From Polyangiaceae bacterium (GTDB lineage: Bacteria; Myxococcota_A; Polyangia; Polyangiales; Polyangiaceae), in assembly GCA_965222375.1 (NCBI GenBank), contig CBDCTZ010000008.1:352001-416000 (forward strand): a DNA stretch of 64,000 nucleotides, read 5' to 3'. Shown piece after piece: positions 30,061-40,437 of the stretch. The notes beneath the pieces were generated by a model. That model made no database searches. It was given only the letters and a program-made list of their open reading frames with translations, and was not told the DNA's origin. Each line of letters begins with the position of its first letter. Within the stretch, counting starts at the first letter, position 1. Position numbers and translations under genes: made by a program.

Positions 30061-30519
30061 ATGCCGCCTGCTTCCAGCCGCGCCGAACGCATTGGGCGCC
30101 GGGCGATCCTAGGGATTTTCGTCCTCGCGGTCGGGGGGTTCACCCTGCACAACACGGTGCGCATCATCCGACAGGTCTTTTTCTCGCCGGCGCCGGCAGC
30201 GACGGCGGATTGCCGCGGCGGCGTGGTGAGGCTGGTGGAAGCGGTGCGGGAGGCCCGGCGGGCGGCGGCCCTAGAGGACCGAGGCGAACGGGCGTCTCTG
30301 GCTCAGTTCCGAGGCACCTTGGCGCGCTCCTGGGCAGCTCGCGAGGGCCTCGACCAGGCCTGCAAGGGCGACCCAATGGCCCTCAGGGCGCTGCGCGACG
30401 TCGACCGGCTCCGCTACGCCGAGGAGCACGCCGTGCGCTCGGATGCTGTGGATTTGGCCCGTCTGAGGCGGCGCATCAACCAGATCGAAAAAGAGTTCAC
30501 TCAGCCGGCCCGCCCCTGA
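30061..30519 (+). CDS. Hypothetical membrane-anchored helical protein
   Basis: N-terminal TM segment, two Cys, fills the intergenic space. Start uncertain. Confidence 0.6.
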   Translation: MPPASSRAERIGRRAILGIFVLAVGGFTLHNTVRIIRQVFFSPAPAATADCRGGVVRLVEAVREARRAAALEDRGERASLAQFRGTLARSWAAREGLDQACKGDPMALRALRDVDRLRYAEEHAVRSDAVDLARLRRRINQIEKEFTQPARP

Positions 30520-30596
30520 ACGGGTGGACGAGGCCCCAGGAACGTGGTGAAAAGCCCCGCGGCCAGCCCGGACGCGGAGCGGACAGAGAGGTATTG

Positions 30597-32489
30597 ATGA
30601 TTGCCCCAGCGGCTGAATCCACGACGGACGAAGCGCTTCCCACTTTTGACACCCTGCCCCTGAGCCAAGACGTGCGCCAGGCAGTCGACGATCTTGGCTA
30701 CGTGCACCCCACGCCGGTGCAGCGGGCCGTATTCGAACCGGCCGCCCGTGGTCGCGATCTCGTCGTGCAAGCCCGCACCGGAACCGGAAAGACCGCGGCA
30801 TTCGGACTCCCCATCATCAATTCGTTGATTCGCACGGAGGACAGTCGGGTGCAGTCCCTGATCCTGTGCCCGACACGCGAGTTAGCGCTCCAGGTGACTC
30901 GGGAGCTCTCCCAGATCGCGAAACACTCCTCGATTCGGGTAACCGCAGTGTACGGCGGGGCCCCGATGGGTCGTCAAGTGCAAGACTTGGAAGAGGGCGC
31001 GCAAATCGTCGTCGGCACCCCTGGTCGAGTGCTGGATCATCTCGGACGCGGGACGCTGGACCCGTCGGATATCCGCAGCTTCGTTTTGGACGAATCCGAT
31101 GAGATGCTCAGTATGGGGTTCTTGCCCCAGATCACGGACATCCTGAGCTACCTGCCCGAGAGTCGCCAAACCTTGCTCTTCAGCGCGACCCTGCCACCCG
31201 TCATTCAGCGCATGGCAGAGACTCGGCTGAAGAATCCCGAGTTCGTGACGCTCAGTGGCGACCACATTGGCGCCCTCGAGATCGACCACTTCGTGTACAT
31301 GATTTTCAGCGATAAAGTGGGGGATTTTCTGCGCATCGTGGAAGTCGAAAACCCCGAGAGCGCAGTCGTTTTCTGCAATACTCGGGACGAAACCAAGCGC
31401 GTGGCTAGTGCACTCTCAGACGCGGGCTACTCGGCGGATTGGCTGAACGCCGACTTGCCACAGTCGGATCGCGAAAAAGTGATGGCGAGGACTCGCGAGG
31501 GCAAACTCCGGTTTCTGGTTGCCACCGACGTCGCAGCGCGCGGTATCGACATTTCGCATCTCACCCACGTGATCAACTACGACATGCCTGCGTCCGCCGA
31601 GGCCTACGTGCATCGTACCGGGCGCACCGGCCGCGCGGGACGCACGGGCACCGCGATCTCCTTGATTGCACCCGCGGATGTAGGCCACCTGTACTACCTT
31701 CGCCTAACCTACAAGGTCCGACCCATCGAAAAGATGCTGCCATCCAACCGGCAGCTGAAGTCCCAGCAGGAACTCGACATGCTGGCGGCGTTTGCGGAAA
31801 TGCCCTTGGAGCCCGAGGACCTCGCGTTGGCGCGCAGGCTGCTGACCCATGACGACGCGGAACGCATCGTCGGCGGTTTGTTGCGTTCCCACCTCGGGTT
31901 GCGACCCGAAGTCGCTGAGGAAGCAACGGCAGCGCGACGGGCCAAGCTCCCTGCTCCTGTTCCGCCTCCGGAACCACGAGCCGAAGCCAAAGAGGTGCCG
32001 CGGCGTAACGTCGAGCAGCGAGCAGACCGTGCTTCTTCCAGTCGAGACTCGGGCGCGGCGCGCCCGCAGCGGGACGAGCGGGACCCAGAGGCCCGAACCG
32101 AGCCTCGCAGGCGGCGACGGCGGGAGCGAGACAACGATCGCAGCTCCAGACAGCAACCCTCGTACTCGACCGCGGACGCCAGCGCCCTTGAGGCTAGACC
32201 GAGCGCTGACGCCCGCAAAGCCTGGCAGATCCACCGCTCGGACCCGTCGCTCGCCGAAGTGTTCGTCAACGTCGGATCCCGAGACGGAGCAAGTCAAGAT
32301 CTAATCTTGGATACGCTGCAATCGAACGGCGGACTATCCGCAGACACCGCTGACTACATCAACGTGCGCCACCGTCATTCTTTTGTCGGTGTGCAACGAA
32401 AAGATCTTGAAAAAGTCATCGCGGCCCTCAATGGGGTCGTCATCGCCGGAAAACAGGTCTTGGCCGAAGAGGCGCGACCTCGCACCTGA
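30597..32489 (+). CDS. DEAD-box RNA helicase with a DbpA-type C-terminal domain (DeaD-like)
   Basis: Q motif PTPVQ, TGTGKT, PTRELA, TPGR, DESD, SAT, ARGID, HRTGRTGR; C-terminal VFVNVGSRDG. Confidence 0.95.
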   Translation: MIAPAAESTTDEALPTFDTLPLSQDVRQAVDDLGYVHPTPVQRAVFEPAARGRDLVVQARTGTGKTAAFGLPIINSLIRTEDSRVQSLILCPTRELALQVTRELSQIAKHSSIRVTAVYGGAPMGRQVQDLEEGAQIVVGTPGRVLDHLGRGTLDPSDIRSFVLDESDEMLSMGFLPQITDILSYLPESRQTLLFSATLPPVIQRMAETRLKNPEFVTLSGDHIGALEIDHFVYMIFSDKVGDFLRIVEVENPESAVVFCNTRDETKRVASALSDAGYSADWLNADLPQSDREKVMARTREGKLRFLVATDVAARGIDISHLTHVINYDMPASAEAYVHRTGRTGRAGRTGTAISLIAPADVGHLYYLRLTYKVRPIEKMLPSNRQLKSQQELDMLAAFAEMPLEPEDLALARRLLTHDDAERIVGGLLRSHLGLRPEVAEEATAARRAKLPAPVPPPEPRAEAKEVPRRNVEQRADRASSSRDSGAARPQRDERDPEARTEPRRRRRRERDNDRSSRQQPSYSTADASALEARPSADARKAWQIHRSDPSLAEVFVNVGSRDGASQDLILDTLQSNGGLSADTADYINVRHRHSFVGVQRKDLEKVIAALNGVVIAGKQVLAEEARPRT

Positions 32490-32535
32490 AAACCTCGCGA
32501 GATCGCAGAGGCGCGTGCTACGCTCAGGTGTCTTC

Positions 32536-33147
32536 GTGCCTGACGAGCGCCACTCCCCGCACAGTTTGAACGCACCAGTTGAACGACTGCTGCATAACGT
32601 GGAGTACGGCCTCGATCACGGCTTTGCACCCCGGGAAATGATCCCGATGCTCGAGCGGCTACTAGTCAGCGTCAGCACCGGTAGCGCTTCGTGGCAGTTC
32701 GCGATTCAGCAACTGGCTGAGCAACACTTGCAGGAATCTCCATGGAAGGCGGCGCTGTATGCACGCACATCGCTAGCCCACAGCGAGACGGATCCTGCCT
32801 GGGCGCTGCTGGGTCTCGCTCACGCCAAGTTGGGTCACGCCCGCGCTGCGGCCCGGGCATTTCGCCGGGCGCTGTCTCTGGCGCCCTCCTGTCCGTCCTA
32901 TGCCCACAATCTCGGCCATATGCTCGATGTGGCGCTGGATCGCCCCCACCAAGCACTTCCCCACCTGGCCCGGGCAGCAGCGGCGATGAAGGACGATGCG
33001 GAGGTGGTCGCATCCTATGCCCACGCTCTGCTCAGGACCGGTCAAGAAGAGCGAGCGGAGTTGCTGTTGCGCCGAGCCCTCCCGGACGGCGCCATGGGCG
33101 CACGCTGTCTGCTGGAGCGGTGGCGACAGCAAATGCGCTCCGTCTGA
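32536..33147 (+). CDS. TPR protein (start uncertain)
   Basis: AWALLGLAHAKLG, YAHNLGHML, SYAHALLRTG. Confidence 0.75.
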   Translation: MPDERHSPHSLNAPVERLLHNVEYGLDHGFAPREMIPMLERLLVSVSTGSASWQFAIQQLAEQHLQESPWKAALYARTSLAHSETDPAWALLGLAHAKLGHARAAARAFRRALSLAPSCPSYAHNLGHMLDVALDRPHQALPHLARAAAAMKDDAEVVASYAHALLRTGQEERAELLLRRALPDGAMGARCLLERWRQQMRSV

Positions 33148-33213
33148 GCCAAGATCCCAAGCTTCGGACTCTCAGGCCTTTGCACGAGGCAAGATCGGCA
33201 CTATCTCGCGCAG

Positions 33214-34650
33214 ATGCGAGGCACCTCTCTGTTCTGTCTGAGTCTGCTGCTGACCACTTCGGCCCACGCCCAACCCGGCGCTGCTCCCGACAAGCGCGTC
33301 GATGCTCCAGCGGAAGCCACTCCCCAACCTTCAGCACCGGCGACCGCTGCGGCAAAACCACTTCCAGAGATCAACGACCCCATGCTGGCGCCGCTACCCG
33401 CGGCGCCGCGGGTGGTCAAATCCTGGCAACAGGCACTGCGACAAGTCCGGGCCCAGTCGACGACTCTGGCGCGCAGCGTCGCCCAGGCCGAACTAGCGAG
33501 CGGCCAGGCACGCCAGGCCCTTGCACGAGCACTCCCTACCCTGACCGGCACAGCGCAAATCCAGCGCCACTTGTTGACCGGCGAAGGCGTCATCTTCGGC
33601 TCATCGGGGATCTCGCAGGGCACCATCCCCGACCCATTGACCACATGGGGTGCGGGACTGTCGCTTCGGGTGCCGGTCATTGCGCCTCGCGCGTGGCATG
33701 ACCACGGGACAGCTAAGCGGGGCCGCCGTGTGGCTGCCCTGTCCCAGGAGGATGCCGAGCGCCGGGTCATCGCTGCTGTCGCCGACGCCATCGTTAGCGT
33801 CGTGACCGCCGAACGGGTGGCCGAAATCAGCCGCGTCTCGCTGAAGTCCACGCTTTCCACACTGGACCTCAACCGTCGCCGCGCCCGCCTCGGCGCCGCC
33901 AGCGCCGTGGACGTGCTCCGAGCTGAACAAGAGGTGTCACTCACTCGCGCACAGGTCGTGGGCGCCAACGAAGGCGTCCGCAGAGCTCGTGAAGCGCTCG
34001 GTGTCACGCTAGGACACTCCGTGCCGTGGAGCGTCACACCGAGCATCCGCCTCGATCAGCTTGCGGCAGACGCCAGCGCGGTCTGCAAACCCGTCGGCAA
34101 CCCCGACGACCGCGCTGACGTGAGGGCGGCGCGAGCGCGCCTCGAAATTGCTCAGCGCAACGTGAAGGCCGTGGATTGGGACTACGTTCCCACCGTGGAT
34201 TTCGTATCCAATCTAAACTACGCCTCGGAGGAACGCTTCAGCGCAAATGGCAAGCACGTGACTTGGACCATCGGCGGCGTCTTGACCTGGCCTTTGTACG
34301 ACGGCGGACTGCGCTACGGAACGCGGGCTGCCAACAAGGCGCAGCAGCGCTTGGTGCAGGAAGATGTAACGGACGCGAAGCGCGCCGCCCGGGTCGAGGC
34401 TCAACAGGCCCAGCGCGCGGTCAACGTCGCCAAGAAGAACCTGGTGGTGAGCCAGCGCACTCGGGAAATCGCCCGCCAAAGTTCGCGCCTATCGCAGATT
34501 GCCTTCACCGCGGGGCAGGGCTCCAGCTTCGAGCTCGTCGACGCTTCGCGTCGACTTCGGGAAGCAGAAATCGACTCCGCGATCAAGGAGTTCGAGCTGG
34601 TACGCGCACAAATTGCTGCGCTTCTGGCGCTCTCCAGCTGCAACGTCTGA
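33214..34650 (+). CDS. TolC-family outer-membrane efflux protein
   Basis: Signal peptide; ALPTLTG, LGAASAVDVLRAE, LTWPLYDGG, GQGSSFELVDA. Confidence 0.9.
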   Translation: MRGTSLFCLSLLLTTSAHAQPGAAPDKRVDAPAEATPQPSAPATAAAKPLPEINDPMLAPLPAAPRVVKSWQQALRQVRAQSTTLARSVAQAELASGQARQALARALPTLTGTAQIQRHLLTGEGVIFGSSGISQGTIPDPLTTWGAGLSLRVPVIAPRAWHDHGTAKRGRRVAALSQEDAERRVIAAVADAIVSVVTAERVAEISRVSLKSTLSTLDLNRRRARLGAASAVDVLRAEQEVSLTRAQVVGANEGVRRAREALGVTLGHSVPWSVTPSIRLDQLAADASAVCKPVGNPDDRADVRAARARLEIAQRNVKAVDWDYVPTVDFVSNLNYASEERFSANGKHVTWTIGGVLTWPLYDGGLRYGTRAANKAQQRLVQEDVTDAKRAARVEAQQAQRAVNVAKKNLVVSQRTREIARQSSRLSQIAFTAGQGSSFELVDASRRLREAEIDSAIKEFELVRAQIAALLALSSCNV

Positions 34651-34691
34651 GCGCCATGACGGCTCGGAAAATCCGCGCTAGCGTGCTTGCC

Positions 34692-35402
34692 ATGTCGCGG
34701 CCGAAACCTGGCTTTGCTGTGCTCGCCGGCGCAACCCTTGTCGCGCTATTCGTCCTATTCTACATGACGTTCTTTCGCGCGCCTATCGCGCAGGCCGAAG
34801 CCGGCGGCTTCGCCCAGAAGATCTTCTACTTCCACGTTCCGTCCGCGTACGCGATGTATCTTTCGGGCGTCATCTGCTGCATCGCGAGCGGTGTATTCCT
34901 GCTGAAGTTGACCAATCGCAGCAACGCCTGGGCTCAGGCTGGCGCGGAATGCGCCACACTTTTCGGCCTCTTGATGATCACCAGCGGACCGCTCTGGGCC
35001 AAGAAGGCCTGGGGCGTGTACTGGACTTGGGACCCTCGGCTCACCACTACATTGCTGAGCCTTTTGATCTACGCAGCCATCGTCCTACTGCGGCGTTTCG
35101 GCGGCAGCGGAGAGGCGGAGCGGAAGTTCGCAGCCGCGTTGGGCGTGCTCGGTACGGTCAACCTACCGATCATCCACTACTCCGTGAAGAAGTGGGGTGG
35201 GAATCACCCCGTCGTGATCAACAAGGGGGGCGGAGGGCTTTCCCACCCGGACATGAAGCTCACGCTGACCATCGGCTTCTTGGCGTTCACCTTGCTGGCC
35301 GTAATGCTGCTCTGGCAGCGCGCGCGAACTTTGGAACTCACGGCTCGCCTTCGCGACACCGAAGAGCGGGCAATCGACGAAGGTCTCGTAAGGGAGGCAT
35401 GA
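34692..35402 (+). CDS. ccmC: Heme exporter / cytochrome c maturation protein CcmC
   Basis: IFYFHVP, WGVYWTWDPRLT (WWD domain), IIHYSVKKW...H. Alternative start at 34656. Confidence 0.92.
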   Translation: MSRPKPGFAVLAGATLVALFVLFYMTFFRAPIAQAEAGGFAQKIFYFHVPSAYAMYLSGVICCIASGVFLLKLTNRSNAWAQAGAECATLFGLLMITSGPLWAKKAWGVYWTWDPRLTTTLLSLLIYAAIVLLRRFGGSGEAERKFAAALGVLGTVNLPIIHYSVKKWGGNHPVVINKGGGGLSHPDMKLTLTIGFLAFTLLAVMLLWQRARTLELTARLRDTEERAIDEGLVREA

Positions 35403-35442
35403 CGTGTCCGGTACTGAGCTAGCCCCGGCCAAGGGCACGACC

Positions 35443-35724
35443 ATGGAAACCTGGCTTGGCCTTGGGCCCCGGCTAGAGCTTGCCCAAGCCGAGCCCGCGA
35501 GCTCATCCAACCCCGACGAACGAGCAACGGAGTTCGTACCCGTCGAGGGCGGCCGCGACGCAACCAGTGCCGAAACCCTGCTGGTCATCGCCTACTGTGT
35601 GCTTTGGGTGGTCATGTTCTGGTTCGTGTTTTCCACGTGGAAACGCCAAGGGACGATGGAAGCCCGGCTCGCGGATTTGGATCGCCGGCTGGAGAGCGCC
35701 CGAGGTGATTCACCGGAATCATGA
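35443..35724 (+). CDS. ccmD: CcmD-like small membrane protein
   Basis: Directly after ccmC; LLVIAYCVLWVVMFWFV followed by a charged helix. Confidence 0.7.
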   Translation: METWLGLGPRLELAQAEPASSSNPDERATEFVPVEGGRDATSAETLLVIAYCVLWVVMFWFVFSTWKRQGTMEARLADLDRRLESARGDSPES

Positions 35725-35846
35725 CCCTCGAACACATGATCTACATCCCCGGGATCCTCTTGGTTGGGCTCACCGTGGGCTACATGCTCGGGGCGCGAGC
35801 TGTTCGCGCCGAGTACGACCGCATGAAGAAGCGAGCAAAGGAGTGA
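35721..35846 (+). CDS. 41-aa single-TM protein (below the ORF-track cutoff)
   Basis: ATGA overlap with ccmD; MTLEHMIYIPGILLVGLTVGYMLGARAVRAEYDRMKKRAKE; ends 4 nt before the next gene. Confidence 0.75.
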   Translation: MTLEHMIYIPGILLVGLTVGYMLGARAVRAEYDRMKKRAKE

Positions 35847-35850
35847 AAGC

Positions 35851-36990
35851 ATGTTGAACTTCGGTCTTTCTGAAGAACAGAACGCCCTCGTAGACATGGC
35901 ACGGCGTTTCTCCAAGGAACGCATCGTGCCGATCGCCGCCGAATGCGATCAAGAAAGCAAGTTCCCAAAGGAGGTCTTCGAGGCAGCCCACGAACTGGGC
36001 TTCGTCAACACGACCGTGCCTTCTGACTACGGCGGCCCAGGCATGGGCGAGTTGGAAAACGCCATCATCACCGAACAGCTCGCCTACGGCTGCACTGGCA
36101 TCACGACGAGTATGCTGGCCAACACCCTGGCGCTGACACCGGTCAAGCTCGGCGGTACCGAAGAGCAGAAGAAGAAGTACCTCGGCATGTTGACCACCGA
36201 ACCAAACTTCGCCAGCTACTGCACGACGGAGCCTGGCGGCGGCAGTGACGTGGCCGGCATGAAAACTCGATTCGAGGCTCATGGCGATGAATACGTGATC
36301 AACGGCGAAAAGTGCTGGATCACGAACGCCAGCTTCGCCAGCTTCTACGTGGTCTTTGCGACCAGCGACAGAGCCAAGCGTCACAAAGGCATCGCAGCGT
36401 TCATCGTAGATCGCGATACGCCGGGGCTGAAGGTCGGCAAACACGAAGACAAACTAGGCCAACGCGGCAGCGATACGGCTGCGGTGCACTTCGAGGACGT
36501 GAAGGTTCCGAAGGTCAATCTCCTGGCGCCCGAGGGCGCGGGCTTCAAGTTGGCCATGGAGACCTTCAACCAGACCCGCCCCGACATCGCCGCGTTGGCC
36601 ACGGGCCTAATGCAGCGTTGCATCGATGAATGCGTCGCGTACGCTAAGGAGCGCAAGGCCTTTGGTGTGGCCATCGCCGAGCACCAGTTGGTTCAAGCCA
36701 TGCTGGCGGAGATGGCTATCGGCACCGAGGCTACGCGGCTGCTCTACCAAAAGGCGGCATGGAACCTGGACAACGGCGTTCGCGATCCTATCGTGTCTGC
36801 CTACGCCAAGGCGTTCGGAGCAGACCGTGCCATGCAAACCGCGGTGGATGCCGTGCAGGTTTTCGGCGGCAACGGCTACGTCAAGGACTACCCGGTGGAG
36901 AAGCTGATGCGAGACGCGAAGGTCCTGCAAATCTACGAAGGCACGAGCCAGATCCAGCGCATCGTCATCGCTCGAAACATGATCCGATGA
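35851..36990 (+). CDS. Acyl-CoA dehydrogenase
   Basis: TEPGGGSD, NGEKCWITN, RKAFG, QVFGGNGY, RDAKVLQIYEGTSQIQR. Confidence 0.96.
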   Translation: MLNFGLSEEQNALVDMARRFSKERIVPIAAECDQESKFPKEVFEAAHELGFVNTTVPSDYGGPGMGELENAIITEQLAYGCTGITTSMLANTLALTPVKLGGTEEQKKKYLGMLTTEPNFASYCTTEPGGGSDVAGMKTRFEAHGDEYVINGEKCWITNASFASFYVVFATSDRAKRHKGIAAFIVDRDTPGLKVGKHEDKLGQRGSDTAAVHFEDVKVPKVNLLAPEGAGFKLAMETFNQTRPDIAALATGLMQRCIDECVAYAKERKAFGVAIAEHQLVQAMLAEMAIGTEATRLLYQKAAWNLDNGVRDPIVSAYAKAFGADRAMQTAVDAVQVFGGNGYVKDYPVEKLMRDAKVLQIYEGTSQIQRIVIARNMIR

Positions 36991-37041
36991 GTGACCGATA
37001 CGAGGGGGTGCCCGCCACTGCGGGCGCACCTCTCTGGCTGG

Positions 37042-38067
37042 TTAGCGCTTGCCTATGAAGACCCCGCGCCCGTTGAGTGCATGAAGCTCGGCGCGGACCT
37101 TGTTGATTCGTGGCGTGGCGCCGGAATCCCCGCGGCGCTCGCGGTGTTTCAAGAATGCCAAATCTGCCAGCAGTAGCTGCTTCTTGCGAGCTGCCATGTA
37201 GCCACCCTCACTGCCCGACAGCGCAATTAGGCCATACAGCGGTAGCAGCATGGCGCCGCTGGTGGTCAGCTTGAATTCCTTCGGGTGGCAGACCACGCCC
37301 ACTTCGTCAGCCAGTCCGCGCATCACGATCGCGCGGTCTCGGAACGCAAGGATGTAGAGCAGGACGAAGAAGAGAACCGCGAACGTCAGGAAGACGGCGA
37401 ACTTCAGCAGCACACCCCCGCAGCCAAAGAAGCTGACCAGGAAGTTGTGCAAGAAGTGCAGACCCACGGCCGCCGACCAACCGCCCACCGGTGCCAGGAT
37501 CTTCACTGGCATACTCCGGGTTTCGGACGCGATTCCCACCCCCAGGCCGGTCATGGCCGTGAAAGTGGCGTGGCCTAGCCCGCCAAAGATGGTCCGGAGC
37601 ACGAATGTCGCGCCAAAACCCACCACGCCCGCTTTCGAAGCAGCGGTCATGATGTAGAGCACGTCTTCAGTGAGAGTGAATCCCAAGCCGATGACGCCGC
37701 CGTAGATGGCTCCGTCCAGAGGGCCATCGAGCTCTCTCAACCAAAAGGCACTCGCAGCCCAGATCACCAGCAGGAAAACGCCTTTGAATGACTCTTCGAC
37801 CAGGGGAGCAACGAAGGAAGCGGTCAGGCCCTGGGCGACCGCGGCTTCGTTCATTGTGGATGGGTCAACGGCACTGGTGATGACGTAGCCGCCGATGGTG
37901 TTGAAGATCAGCGAGAAAAACGTGGCACCCAAGGCTCCCCAAAAGAAGCAGATGATCAAGAGCCACCAGGGTTCGGGCTCGTAGCGATCGACACCCTTGA
38001 TCAGCAGCCCGTAGATGAAGACGCAGATCCCCACCAGGAAAATGGCAAATATGAGCAGGAACAGCAC
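37042..38067 (-). CDS. PrsW-family intramembrane glutamic protease
   Basis: DRYEPEP, APLVEESFKG, GLGFTLTED, HATFT, LHFLHN. Confidence 0.92.
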   Translation of the reverse strand: MLFLLIFAIFLVGICVFIYGLLIKGVDRYEPEPWWLLIICFFWGALGATFFSLIFNTIGGYVITSAVDPSTMNEAAVAQGLTASFVAPLVEESFKGVFLLVIWAASAFWLRELDGPLDGAIYGGVIGLGFTLTEDVLYIMTAASKAGVVGFGATFVLRTIFGGLGHATFTAMTGLGVGIASETRSMPVKILAPVGGWSAAVGLHFLHNFLVSFFGCGGVLLKFAVFLTFAVLFFVLLYILAFRDRAIVMRGLADEVGVVCHPKEFKLTTSGAMLLPLYGLIALSGSEGGYMAARKKQLLLADLAFLKHRERRGDSGATPRINKVRAELHALNGRGVFIGKR

Positions 38068-38191
38068 GGGGAGAGCTTAACCTGCCGGGGGACCAAACGA
38101 GCAATTGAATTGAGGGCCAAACGGGGCGAGCAAGCCATTCCTTGCTGGAGCGATTGGCATTTCGACCCCATGGCTGAGTACAGTCAGCTCA

Positions 38192-40363
38192 GTGCGGACA
38201 GCTCCTACTCTTCGCAGATTGTGGCTTCTGGCCCCCCTCCTGGGGGCTACGACGGGGCCCGCGCGAAGTGCCGACCAACCCCGGGTCGTCGTGGTCGACA
38301 AGAAGCTACTCGGCGACCGGCTGCGAGTAGGTGGCAAACCGGGAGATCTGGCACTCGTGGGCAGCGGGGTCGTTGCCGTAGTGCGCAAGAGCGACGGCTA
38401 CCTAGTCGACTTCTGGAGGCAGAAGCCCGTTGCCGCTACGGCTCCGCAACTGAAGCTCACACCCAACATCGATGGTCTCTGGATGCTGCATCCTGTCGTC
38501 ATCGATGGGCACATGCCCCACAACCTGACCGCGCACACGGTGCGAGCTGCCGGCGACGCCATCGAGGCGATCGGCGAAATGGCACTCGGCGCAGGACGCC
38601 TATCCGTCACGACCCGCTATTCGCTGAATCAAAAGAAGCCTAAAGTACTCATTGAAAGCACCCTGCAGCATACGAGTGGAGGCAAGCTCACCCACGTCGC
38701 CCTGGGTGACTTGGTCAAGTGGGGCAACGTTGACTATTTCGTCGACGGCCACGGGAAAACCCGGACCACGTTCTCGGGAATTGGACGATGGGTCGGGCGA
38801 CACGGGGCGGGCGGAGACCTGCTACTGCGAACGCTGGAAGCGAAGCGGATGACGATCTCCTATCGTGCTCGCCACGTGGGGCTGGCACCGGAGATCAAGG
38901 CTCAATATGGCTCGGGAAATCTGATTCCCGCGCAGACGTTGAAAGTCCGGCGCGAACTGAGTTTCGAAGAACTGGACACCACCAAGGCGGCGCACAAGCC
39001 AGGCGCAACCCTGATCGTGGAGCTCAAGGACGAAGCTGGCCGTCCCTTGGCGGCAAAGCTCAGTTTTCGCGGCACCGGCGGTACCCGCGATCCCAACTTT
39101 GGCAACGACGGTGACGAAACCGGCGCCGGGCGCTTCGCCTGGAGCGGCACCGGACGCTTCGTGCGGACGCTGCCGGTGGGCAAATACAAGATTCTCGCGA
39201 CCGCGGGAGTCGAGCGCGATGCCAAGAGATGGCAGATCGAAATACGTCGCCACGAAAACGTCTTCCTCAGTGGAAAATTGCCGCGAGTAGTCACTACCCC
39301 TGGGCAGATCTCGGCGGATCTTCACCTGCATCAGGCCCCAAGCATTGATGCTGACATCGGTCTCGCGACCCGGATCGTCAGCATCGCCGCGGAGGGCGTG
39401 GAACTCGCGGTGGCGAGTGATCACTACGCCGTCACAGACTTCGGGCCGATGGTTGCTGCGTTGGTCCAACACGGCGCCCTCGCAGCACCCTTGCTCACCG
39501 TAGTTGGCAGCGAAATCAGCACCGTGGGCAACCGATTTGGGCACTTCAACCTGATGCCCATGAACCCCACGGATCGAGTGGTGTTCGAAAACACTTCACC
39601 CAAGCGCATGTTCGCGGAAATGCGCAAAACCAGCCCGGGGGGATTGATCCAGGTGAACCACCCGCGATGGGACGATATCGGCTACTTCCACCGCTTCAAG
39701 CTGGATCCCAAGACATCCCGCCTGCCCTACACCATGAAGGACAAGTTCGTTTGGGACTTCGATGCGATCGAGGTCATGAACGGCGTGGACGCAACCAGCG
39801 AGGCGAAGGTCAGAAAAGTCCTATTCGACTGGATCCGGTTGATGGGACAAGGCCATCGATACGTTGGAACCGGCAGTAGCGATTCCCACAAGCTGTTCTT
39901 CGTGGACCCGGGTGTACCGCGAACCATGATTCGCCACGCGGATGGCGGAGACGACAAAACCGATCTGAACGTGACCTCCAAGGCCGCCCTAGCCGCGTTG
40001 AAGCGTGGTCAGGCTAGCGTGACCACGGGGCCCTTCATCAGCGTCACTTTGGCTGGCAAGAAGCCCGGGCAGACCGTCCGAGGCGGCGGTGAGAAGGAAT
40101 TAGCAATTCGCGTGCGTGCGGCTCCTTGGATTAGCGTGGACGAAGTGGAAGTCCTACTCGGCCCGAAGGGCAATCGGATCCGTTGGATCAGCCTGCCCAA
40201 GGGCAAGAAGGATGTGGTACGCCTGGATACCCGTCTGAAGCTGCGTATCCCTCCGAAGAGTTTTGTCGTGGTCGTGGCCAAAGGGCACACCCCCCTGCCC
40301 AACGTCTTTCAAAGCGGCATCAAGCCCTTCGCTTTCACCAACCCGATTTGGGTGGAGCCCTGA
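38192..40363 (+). CDS. Secreted PHP-fold (CehA/McbA-like) metallohydrolase
   Basis: Signal-like N-terminus; ADLHLH, SDH, GSE, GHFN, NHPR, EVMNG, SDSH, FTNPIWV. Confidence 0.85.
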   Translation: MRTAPTLRRLWLLAPLLGATTGPARSADQPRVVVVDKKLLGDRLRVGGKPGDLALVGSGVVAVVRKSDGYLVDFWRQKPVAATAPQLKLTPNIDGLWMLHPVVIDGHMPHNLTAHTVRAAGDAIEAIGEMALGAGRLSVTTRYSLNQKKPKVLIESTLQHTSGGKLTHVALGDLVKWGNVDYFVDGHGKTRTTFSGIGRWVGRHGAGGDLLLRTLEAKRMTISYRARHVGLAPEIKAQYGSGNLIPAQTLKVRRELSFEELDTTKAAHKPGATLIVELKDEAGRPLAAKLSFRGTGGTRDPNFGNDGDETGAGRFAWSGTGRFVRTLPVGKYKILATAGVERDAKRWQIEIRRHENVFLSGKLPRVVTTPGQISADLHLHQAPSIDADIGLATRIVSIAAEGVELAVASDHYAVTDFGPMVAALVQHGALAAPLLTVVGSEISTVGNRFGHFNLMPMNPTDRVVFENTSPKRMFAEMRKTSPGGLIQVNHPRWDDIGYFHRFKLDPKTSRLPYTMKDKFVWDFDAIEVMNGVDATSEAKVRKVLFDWIRLMGQGHRYVGTGSSDSHKLFFVDPGVPRTMIRHADGGDDKTDLNVTSKAALAALKRGQASVTTGPFISVTLAGKKPGQTVRGGGEKELAIRVRAAPWISVDEVEVLLGPKGNRIRWISLPKGKKDVVRLDTRLKLRIPPKSFVVVVAKGHTPLPNVFQSGIKPFAFTNPIWVEP

Positions 40364-40437
40364 GCCCCGCCTGCCAATCCCCGCCGGCCTCAGGTTTCGC
40401 TTTGCGAGGGAGGGAAACGTAGACTACCGTTCAGTCC

